DNA of 64,000 bases from Camelus dromedarius (taxonomy: Eukaryota). Positions 25,177-36,000 of this stretch are shown here, in pieces. Both the position numbers and the translations under genes were made by a program. Within the stretch, counting starts at the first letter, position 1, and each line of letters begins with the position of its first letter. The stretch lies in NCBI RefSeq assembly GCF_036321535.1, contig NC_087437.1:103604001-103668000 (forward strand). Reading direction: 5' to 3'. A model generated the notes under the pieces. It was given only the letters and a program-made list of their open reading frames with translations. It was not told where the DNA came from and did no database searches.

Positions 25177-28037
25177 TATATACATGTGTAGTGTAGGACT
25201 TAAATTCATAATGTTTAATAAAATGCAAACGAATCAATAGTGATTGCTTGAGTCCAAAGTGAGGGGGTAGAAATTAGCTATAAAGGGTCTCAAATCATCT
25301 TTGGGAATCATGACAACATTCTGTATCTTAATTATGGCAGTGACTTTCTGTGTATATATAAATATGTCAAAATTAATCAAAGTGTATGCTTTAAATGGAT
25401 ACAACTGATTAAATTTTACTTAATGAAACAATGTATGAACACCTAGATTAAAAGTTAAGTTGTTATTTAGTCCATTGTTTCAGTCCAGAAATGATTTAGA
25501 GTAATGATATGTTATCAGGCCCTTTGTAAAGGGACTTTTGTATATCACAGTGATTTTAAATTATTTTATCTTTCCTAAGCGTCATAAAATCTTATCATAA
25601 GAATGAGGAAAATTATGTACTTGTCCCTTTAAAAGCTTCTTCAAGGTCACATTATATTAGGGGAAAAAATCAATTAAATACCTTAAATCTAATCCTGAAT
25701 AAATGTCAGACAAAAAAACATTGAGATATGTCAGCAACTTAAGTTAAACAGTTCAGGAGGAAAAAGGTCATTTGTGCTAGTCACATTTTTTCTGTGCATT
25801 CAAAATTATTTTCAAATGTAAATAAAATGTAAAAATCAATCACAGGAATCACAGGAATAAGAATCATGTAAACTTTTAGGATATGATACTATTAGAGATT
25901 TTTCTTTTTAAATGTGTAAAATTAAATACTCTAATTATATTTGGCAGAAAAAAGAATAGATACTGAGTATAACACTAGAGTAATTACTTTTAATTTTTTT
26001 GGAATGAATTTTTGTGTCATCAGGTTAAACAAATTATTTTGAAACTTTCATTTTACCTATCAATTGTCTTCTAAATAAATAATTAAAAGAGACAAAGTAT
26101 ATTCTTTTTAAGTAGTAATATTTTCATGACATTTCTTTAGGGATTTAAAAAAAATTACTTTTTAATTTCACATGTCTGTATTCTTTTCTCCTCTCTAAGA
26201 TCTCTCAGATTTTGCAGTGGGACCACTGATTCTTTGTGATTTTGTTTCCATACAGGGTAGAATATAATTTTTATGGGAAGTCTCTCTAATATGCTGTGAT
26301 GTGTGTTACTTATTGAAAAACTTGCATTGACTTATGATTTTCATTGGTCATTAAAATTTAAATTTTTTATCATGACTGTCCTTTCCATTTTGAGTATTTC
26401 TCAAACTTTTAAAAAATTGTTATATCTATTATATAAACTGTTTTACACACAAATATGTATGTGTATGTACATTTGTTAAAGCTATTGACTTTAAATAAAA
26501 ACATTATCATTGAACAGGAAAGAAGTATGCCAGGTAGACACATCAATGTTAGAAAGAGGCCTTTGACCGGGAGGGGACCTGCTGGGACATGCAGTGGTGG
26601 GGTGGCAGGGAGCAGGGTCCAACATGCAAACCCAGCCTTGGAAATGACTACTCAAGGGATATTTGACAAATAACCTACCTTCCTTCTTTTACGTTTTGGT
26701 GACCTATCAAATGCGGATAATGCCAAGTTCGAAAGCTTGTGATGAATACTAAAGAAAACATGCGAAATTGAGTTAATAAACTATAATTTTCCCCATTCAG
26801 ATGACTACACATGGGGAATCACCTTTCAATTCTCTTCTGATTGTGGCCTTAGTTAGAGGAACGCTGCAGCTGTGCCCCAAGCTGGGTAAAGGTCAATGAT
26901 TTACAATCAATATCTTTTTTTTTTTTTTTAAACAAACGAGCTGAAAGGAGAGGAGAGAATCATCCACAAATCACACTATCTGACTGGAGTAATACCTTTG
27001 TTCTACTTTGTTCCATCAGTTCTGTATTTCTATTCCTGGTAATAATTTTTTTTAATAATGGGACATAATAGCATACTTACTTTGTTCAAATGAAAATATC
27101 CTCTTTAGTACTATACATCTTTGACAATATTACCAATGCGGACATGTTGAAAGGAAAACAAAAATGTTACTACAGAATGAGTTAACAATTGAATTTTACA
27201 AATATTATACAATAATAAGTTAAAGAATTGTAATTCTGTAACTTACAGAAGAAAAATCCCACCACCAAAATTCTTAATAAATCTTAATTTTGATTGATTT
27301 AATTTTCATTGATACTAAAATTGCACTTTATCTAAACTTTATTTAGAAATTTAAATTAAGAGAAAGAAAAACTTGCAGTTTCTAGAAACTCAAATTCTTA
27401 TTGATTCCTTATAGAAATAACTTATTTTATTTACATTTAGACAAGGGTTTAAGGAGGCTTTAACAATGAGAAGGTAATCAACAGGCTTTTCTTTAAATTA
27501 GTAACTTTCATTAAATCTACAATTTTGGGTCAATTTAACATGTTTTTGAGTGGTTATTAATTAAAGCATAGGATAGTTGAGATTTTTGACACAGAAATAT
27601 TTTAGTATAACAAAATAAAACGTAGTTCTTAAAAACAGTATTTGATATTTGAAAACTAAGATTCTGGATCTCCAGCTGATTAGATCTAATGCAAAATGCA
27701 TTAGTGTTTAGTGGCAGGCATTTCACAGTGCTGTTATCAAGAGGGCCAAACAACTGCAGTGGGTCATAGTGTCAAGTCAGTGAAATTATTCATGAGTCAA
27801 CTCATCCCCTAATTATTTTTCACTTGCCAAACAATTAATTGGTCCTAACCCCTAGTAAGCCTGTGTTCAAAATAAGAAATTTACAAAGGTAAAAACTTTG
27901 GGTTTTTTTGTTTGTTTTTAAAAGAGCATGCTTTTTAAATCATTAGAGGATAATTTTTTCTCATTTGTCTTTTTACTTTTGAAGATTGACATTCTCTCTT
28001 TCTCTTCCTCTCTCTCTCTGCTTCTTTCTCCTCAAAT

Positions 28038-28250
28038 ATAGGGATATTCTAGTTTCAGTTCCAGATGACTGCAATAGAGTGAATATCACAATAAAGTGAC
28101 TCATACAAATTTTTTGGTGAATATTAAAGTTATGTTTACACTGTACTGTAGTCCATTACGTGTGCAACAGGCTTATGTCTAAAAAATAACTGAAAAATAT
28201 TTTATTGCTAAAAATGTTAACCATTACTGGACAACCTTGGGCTGTCACAA
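28038..28250 (-). mobile_element. Tigger1-family (Tigger1a-like) non-autonomous DNA transposon fragment
   Basis: 'gatattctagtttcagttccagatgactgcaatagagtgaatatcacaataaagtgactcatacaaa..aaagttatgtttacactgtactgtagtc' matches the antisense Tigger1 3' end. Confidence 0.85.
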
Positions 28251-28540
28251 GAAAAATACAAAGAGGAGAAATGTGATAAGAAATTATTAACTGAACATAA
28301 AACTGATATACTCAATTTAAGATATGAGATCAATAAAGTCTTCTAAGTTAGATGTTCTCTCTAAAATAGACTAATTAAATATTTAATTAAGTTGAATATT
28401 TAAAAATTAAATATAAAAGAAAGTAAATTTAGGGGAAGGGTGTTAGACCTCCTTATGATCATTACCTGGAATTCAAGTTTGAGGAAAAACATACTAATGT
28501 CATAATAAATCCAAAACTTCATGTCTGTTAAAGAAACCAG

Positions 28541-31500
28541 GTAAAAGTTATAAATCAACCATGTAGAAAGCTAAGCAAAAGTTAAAAGACAGAAGTCATA
28601 AAACCATCTATATCCACAAGAAGTAGTTAAGAGATACACAAAACAAAAATATTTAAAATATGATGTCAAAAGCAGTAAATGTGGAGTGGGGAGTCAAAAT
28701 GCAGGGTTGTTAAAATGTGTTCAAATATAAGAGATCAGCAGCTTAAAACAACTACCTATATATAATGTTTGGTACATATAAACTTCATGATTACCACAAA
28801 CTAATCTATCATAGGTACACACACACAAAGACAGAAAAATTCTAAAATAACACTAAAGATAGCCATCAAATCTTCAAATCTCTAGAGAAGAGAGCAAAAG
28901 AAGCAGAAAGGAACAACAACAACAACAAAAGAACTACAAAAAAAACCACCTCCCAAACAATTTATAAAATGGCAATAAATACATAACTATCAATGATTAT
29001 TTTAATATCAATGGACTAAATGCTCCAATTAAAAGACACAGAGTAGCTGAATGGAGACAGAATGAAGACCCTTATGTATGCTGCCTACAAGACTCTTTTC
29101 AGACACAAAGACACACACAGACTGAGAGGATAGAAAAAGACACTCTATGCAACTAAAACAAAACAAAACAAAACAAAAACCAAAAAACAGGGTAGCAATA
29201 CTTTTATCAGACAAAATAAACTTTAAAACAAAGACTGTAACAAGAGACAGAGAAGGAATTACATAATGACCAAGGGATCAAGCCAAGAAGATTTAGCAAT
29301 TGTGGATATATGCATCAAATGTAGGAACACCTAAATAAATAAATAAATAAAGCAAATATTAAGACATAGAGAGATTGATAGTAACACAATAATAGTAAGA
29401 AACTTCAGCACCCCATTTACATCAATGGACATATTATCCAAGTAAAAATCAATAAGGAAACACTGGCCTTAAAAACACATTAGACCACGTAGATTTAATA
29501 GATGTACAGAGAGACGCAGAGAGAGCATTCCATCCGAAGAATACATATGCTTTTCGAGTGCACATGGAACTCATTCTCCGGGACAGATAGCATACTAGGG
29601 CACAAAAACAAAACAAGGCTCAGTAAATTTAAGAAAATTTAAATCATATCAAAGAACTTCTAGTGCTATGGGACTAGAACTCAACTATAAGAAAAAACTG
29701 CAAAAAAACCAAAAACGAAACAAAAACAACAAGTGGAGGTTAAACAATTTGCTACTAAACAACCAATGGATCTGTGAAGAAATGAAAAAATACCTAGAGA
29801 CAAAAAGAAAACAAAAACAGAATGATTCAAAATCTATGGGATACAGAAAAAGCAGTTCTGAGGAAAGTTTATAGAGATACAAGCCTACCTCAGGAAACAA
29901 GAAAAACCTCAAATATACAACCTGATCTAAAAGAACTAGAAACAGAAAACAAAGAAAACGCAGAGTTAGTAGAAGAAAATAAATCACAAAGATCATAGCA
30001 GAAATAAATAAAATAGAGACTAAAAAACAATAGAAAAGATCACTGAAACTATGAGCTGGTTCTTTGGAAAAATAAACATTGATAAAACTTTAGCCAGACA
30101 CATCTAGAAAAAAAAGAAAGAAGACCCAAATAATAAAAAAAAGAAATAAAAAAAAGAGAAGTTACACTGATACCACAGAAATACAAAAGAATATAAGAGA
30201 TTATTTCTAACTATTATACACCAATAAAATTAACAACCTTAAAGAAATGGACAAATTTCTAGAAATATATTATCTCCCAAGACTGAATCAGGAAGAGTGG
30301 AAAATATTAAGACCAATATACAATAATAAAATTGTCATTAAAAAAAATACCCATCAAATAAGAGCCAGGACCAAAAGACTTCACACAAGCCTGGCAAACA
30401 TTCAGAGAATTAGCACCCATCTTTCTCAAACTATTCCAAAAAATTGCAGAGGAAGAAAAGCTTCTGAATTCATTCTTCAAGGCCAGCATCATGATGCTAA
30501 AACCAGAGAAAAATATCACAAAAAAAGAAAATCACAGGTCAATTTACTTATTAATAGGTATACAAAAATCCTCAACAAAATCCAAATTCAACAATACATT
30601 TAAAAGATAATGCCCCATGATCAATTGAGATTTAACCCAGGGATGCAAAGATGTTTCAATATCCTCAAATCAATCAATGTGATGCACCACAATAATAAAT
30701 TGAAGGAAAAAATCATACAATCTCAACAGATGTAAATGAAGATTTTAACAAAATTCAATATCCATTTATGATAAAACTCTCATCAAAGTGTGTACAGAGG
30801 GAACACACCCGAACACACCCGAACATAACAAAGGTTATGTGTGACAAGCCCACAGCTAACATCATTCTCAATGATGAAACACGAAATCATTTTCTCTAAG
30901 ACCAGGAACAAGACAAAGATGTCTACTCTTGCCACTTTTATTCAACGTAGTATTGGAAGTCCTAGATGCAGCAATGAGAAGAGAAAAGTAAATAAAAGAA
31001 TCCAAATTGGAAAGGAAGAAGTAACACTATCATTGTTTGCAGATGACATGACACTATACATAGAAAACCCTAAAGACAGTACCAAAAACTACCAGAATTC
31101 ATCAATGAATTTGATGAATTGCAGGATACAAAAATCATGTATGGAAATCTATTGTATTTCTATACATTAACAACAATCTATCATGAAGTAAAATTAGGAA
31201 AGCAATTCCATTCAACATCATATCAAAAAGAATAAAATATCTAGGAACAGATCTAACTAAGATGGTAAAAGACCTTTATTCAGAAAGCTCTAAGACATTG
31301 ACTAAAGAAGCTGAAGATGGCACAGATGGAAAGATAAACTGTGTTCACAGACTGGAATAATTAATATTGTTACAACAACCTTATTATCCAAGACAATGTA
31401 CAGATTTAATGCAATTCTTATTAAAATACCAATGGCATTTTCATAGAGCTAGAACAAATAATTCTAAAATTTGTATGGAAACACAAAGACCTATAATAGC

Positions 31501-33480
31501 AAAAACAAAAACAAACAAAAAAAAACCTTGAGAAAGAAGAACTGGAGGTAGCACATATTCTGATTTCAAATTATTATACAAATCTACAGTAATCAAAACA
31601 CTATGTTACTGGCCCAGAAACAGACACATAAATCAGTGGAATAGAACAGAAAGCCCAGAAATAAACCCACATTTGTATGGTTAATTAATCTATGACAAAA
31701 GAGGTAAGAATGTACTACATGGAAGAGACAGTCTCTTCAGTAAATGGTGTTGGGAAAACTGAACAGCTACATGCAAAAGTATCAAACTGGACTACTTTTT
31801 CAGACCATGCACAAAAATAATTTCAAAATGTTTTAGACATAAATATAAGACCAGAAACCATAAAACTTTCTAGACGAAAACACTGACAGTATGATCTTTC
31901 ACATCAGCCTTAGTAATATTTTTTGGGATATGTCTCCTCAGCCAAGGAAAACAAAAGCAGAAATAAACAAATGGAACTATATCAAACTAAAAAGCTTTTG
32001 CACAGCAAAGGGAATTATCAACAAAACAGAATGACCATCTACTGAATGGGAGAAAATATTTGCAAAAAATATACCTGTTAAGGGATTAATATCAACAATA
32101 TACAAAGAACTCACAAAACTCAACATCAAAAAATGAATAGCTCTAGTAGAAAATGGATAGATTATTTGAAGAGACATTTTTATGAAGAATATATACAGAT
32201 AGCCAAAAGGCATATGAAAGGACATCCAGCATGACTAATCATCAGAAAAATGCAAATCCAAACCACAGGATATACCACCACACCTGTTAGAATGACTATT
32301 ATCAATAAGACAACAAATAACAAGTGTTGGTGAGGATGTAGAGAAAAGTGAATCCTCCTGCACTGTTGGTGGGAAGGTAAATTGATGCAGCCACTATGAC
32401 AATCAGTATGGAGTTTCCCCAAAAAATCAATAATAGAACTACCATATGATCCAGCAATTCCATTCCTGTGTATTTATCCAAAGAAAACATAAATACTGAA
32501 AAGATTGTGCACGTCTATGTTCACTGCAGCACTATTTACAAAAGCCAAGATATGAGAGCAACATAAGTGTCCATCGATAGATGAATGGATAACGAAGATG
32601 TGGTATGTATAGGCAATGAAATATTACTTAGCCATACAAAAGAATGAAATTCTGCCATTTGCAACAATGTGGATGGATGTAGAGAACATTATGCTTAGTG
32701 AAATAAGTCAGACAGGGAAAGACAAATACTATATGATTTCACTTATATGTGGAATCTAAGAAAAACGAACAAACAAAAAATATAGAAAAATAGTTATAGA
32801 TACAGAGAATGAACAGGTGTTTGTCAGAGGGAAAGGGATGGGGAAACTGAAGAAATAAGTGAGGGAGATGAAGAGGTACAAGCTTCCAGTTGCAAAATAA
32901 ATGAGACATGGATTTGAGATGCAGTGTGGGGGATATAGTCAATAATTGTGCAATATATTTATATGTTGACAGACGGTAACTAGATTTATGGAGCTGATCA
33001 TTTTGAAATATACAGAACCATGGAATCTCCATGTTGTGTAACAGGAAGTAAGATAGTGTTGTAGGTCAATTGTATTTCAAAAACAACAAACAAATAAGCA
33101 AACTAACAAAAAAAGAGATCAGATTTGTGGTTACCAGAAGTGGGGAAGTGGGGAAGTGGGATTGGATGAAGGCAGTCAAAAGGCACAAACTTCCAGTTAT
33201 AAGATAAATAAGTACTAGGGATGTCACATACAGCACGATAAATATTGTTAATACTGCTATATGTTATATACGAATGTTGCTAAGAGAGTTAAATCTTAAG
33301 AGTCCCCATCACAGTGACATTTTTTCTATTTCTTTAATTTTATATCTATATGAGATGATGGTTATCACCAAAATTATCGATATTTATTTCATGTTGCATG
33401 TAAGTCAATCATTATGCTATGTACCTTAAACTTACACAGTATTGTATGTCAATTATATTTCAATAAAGCTAGAAGCAAAA
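28541..33480 (+). mobile_element. 5'-truncated L1 (~4.9 kb): inter-ORF region, full-length decayed ORF2, 3'UTR
   Basis: Continuous A-rich L1 sequence with endonuclease, RT and C-terminal motifs, ending 'gtcaattatatttcaataaagctagaagcaaaaaa'. Confidence 0.97.
28969..32759 (+). pseudogene. Disabled L1 ORF2 (endonuclease/reverse transcriptase)
   Basis: ATG at 28969, then NGLNAPIKRHRVAEW-like sequence; '[17 protein letters not shown]'; 'IQIGKEEVTLSLFADDMTLYIENPKDSTK' (FADD 31036-31047); Cys-rich C-terminal remnant ~32322-32368; many stops and frameshifts. Confidence 0.95.
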
Positions 33481-35730
33481 AACAGTAACCAATTTTGGCC
33501 CAAGATGGAGTCGCTCATACTACGTCCCACATCAGTAAACTAAAACTCAACTAAATTTCTAATCTCAGCTCCCTAGAGAAGGAAGTCCTCTGTCAACCAA
33601 TCAGCCCTTGCTGCTTAGTATGTTACCTGACTGAGCTCCGAGACTACCTTTTGCGCCATAAGAGGAAAGTAGCCCTGTTTAACCAATCAGCAAATATCCA
33701 GTATAACTTCCCAATCAGTGCTCACTTGGTGTATAGAAATCTCTTAGCTTGCACAGATTTTCAAAGCTCCTTTCTATCTGCTAGATTGGATGCTTCCAGA
33801 TTCATGAATCACTGAATAAAGCCAATGAGATCTTTAAAAATTACTCAGTTAAATTTTGTTCTTTAACAGGTCCAAATCATCATAAGAATTAGACGAAAGA
33901 CATTCCAGGCATTTTCTACACGTACATACACGTAGAATCATGGGTAGGAAAAAGCAAGGAATGAGTTTTATTTAAATGGGGTTATTACTACTAATCCTGT
34001 TTTCCAATACAGTTGTTATATTTTTTGATCTTAACAGAAGAAACTGAAATGAAAGAGAAACAAGTATGTTTTTGATAATGTATAATAACTTAAAGAGTTA
34101 TTAATAACATTAAAAAAGGCTCAAAAGTGAAGAGAAAGATTATGAAAACCTTAACAGATTAAGCAAACTAAATACTGGTCCTTCTATTCTCCTCTTCACG
34201 TGGGCTTGGGTTTCCCATGACTCTGATAAGTAGTACTGTGAGGCACTGAAATTAAAAAAGATATTAATTTTGGAGCTGGTGAGGGTAAAGGAGTATTGGC
34301 TTTGGAGTGAGACACCGATAGGTAACTGCCCCCATTTCTTCCTGTATCAGACATAGAGAAGTCATTTAAATACTGGAAGCCATAGGTTGCTTACTTTATT
34401 TCTGACATCGGCGAATAGACTACAAACACGTATTTCCTTCTGCTTGAGAGTTAAAAAACAAAAACAAAAACCTCTATTCATTACCATTTTAATATAAGGA
34501 TAAAATAAGTGCTTAACTAGAGAAGTCTAGCCTGAAACTTACAGAACAAGGATTCCTCTGAATCCAGTCCTCATGAATTTATACCTATTTCTTTAATGAA
34601 ATTGAATGATTGAATCAGTATATGATATTGTATGTGATATATAGATATATGATATAAATCAATTATTAGCTTTATTACCTTTGAGATTTTTAATAGTTGA
34701 GCTAGTTGGAAATTTTGGGCAGCATAAATAAATTCAACTGAATCCATACATTATCAAAAATTTAAAACAAATAAATGACAAGAAAGAAAACACACTGAAA
34801 TAAACAGTTTCCAGATAATACATAAAACCTTATGTAAGCTTTCTAAAATAGACACAGTGATACATCATTCAGCAGGAAGCCAGAGTTTAGTTAGAAAGAG
34901 ATATCACACTGTTAACTTATTCAGAAACATCAGGCAATGTATGAGATGATGTCTCAAAATGGCATCTTAAATAACAATTCAAAACAACTAAAAATATCAT
35001 TGGCTTTTTGATGACAGAAAATACATTTTATAGTTATCTGATATTTATTCAAGATTAATAAAAATGAAAAATGCCATGATGAGTTTTTTATGACAGACAG
35101 GGTCAGATCCAATGTAGAGAGAGAATTTCATTACCTAAACAGCTAATTCTTAATAGACTAGACCAGCTTGTATTTTATCCTTCTTTTTGCTAGATTAAAA
35201 ATAAGCACTTTCTGATATTAACAAAAAGTATTGCCCAGGGCATGTAAGTATTAGGACAGCAAATACAGAAGCATAAAAACCATTTGGTTTATAGTTTTAC
35301 TTATTATAATAAAGATTATTTTATTCATTGATTTTTATTGATTTTCTTTTATGGAATGGTGAACATAACTCTTAGAAAATGATGAGCATAATCCCCTTAA
35401 TGCAAAATGGTATTTGGGGCAGACTGATCCCTCTTACTGAGCAGTAGCTATGCATTTTATGCATTTATTTCAAGTCAGAAAAGGGCTGGTCTCCAACCAG
35501 GCATATCCTGAAAGATGTGATGTCTGATTCCCCTTTTGCAATTCCTAGGGCTTCACTCATTAGAAAGCTCAGGGGTAACTGGATTGTTAGAAGGGCAAAA
35601 TTTATAACTGAGATCAACTGTACTTTTCTTCATCTATTATTTATGTGAAATCATGAAGTACTGAGCACCAGGGATAAAAATAACATACACGATTATTTAA
35701 GACATTGTCTCAATTTTTAGAAAACACATG

Positions 35731-36000
35731 TTAAAAGGCACAAATTTGCAATTTGAAGATGAATAAATCTTGGAGCTCTAATGTACCGCTTAGTGCGTAT
35801 AGTCAACGATACTGTTTTATATACGGCAAAGTTGATCAGAGACTTATGTGTTCTCACTACAAAAAAGAAATGATAATTATATGATGTTATAGGGGTGCTA
35901 GCTAAAAGTGCTTGGTCATCATATTGTAATATATAAATGTATCAAACCAACACATTGGACATATTAAGCTTACACAATGCTATATGTCAATTACATCTCT
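35731..36000 (+). mobile_element. L1 3'UTR fragment
   Basis: 'gatgaataaatcttggagctctaatgtac..tgttctcactacaaaaaagaaatgataattat..ttacacaatgctatatgtcaattacatctc'. Confidence 0.85.

Larger units (their letters stand above)
23880..25430 (+). mobile_element. Old, internally deleted L1M (5' region, then ORF2 end/3'UTR), hosting two short younger L1 tails
   Basis: 'ggaaactcaaattgaaatcacagtaaaatgtcac', 'ccattcctagatatttaaccaagaaaaatga', 'aaactggaaacacccatatgtccatc', 'tgacaacattctgtatcttaattatggcagtg'. Confidence 0.7.
28526..33868 (+). mobile_element. ERV1-like solo LTR split by the L1 (pieces 28526-28540 and 33486-33868)
   Basis: Perfect 10-bp terminal inverted repeat TGTTAAAGAA (28526-28535) / TTCTTTAACA (33859-33868); flanks tgtc/ggtc; three CCAATCAG boxes and an AATAAA in the body. 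Confidence 0.8.

Noticed and set aside
30802..30825. 10-bp tandem duplication gaacacaccc (similar short duplications near 25850, 36880 and 62527)
   Set aside because: Routine slippage events; no repeat-spacer periodicity, so not CRISPR-like.
30247..31170. ORFs with reverse-transcriptase motifs as a possible novel RT system or domesticated gene
   Set aside because: Ordinary fragments of a frameshifted L1 ORF2 within a decayed element.
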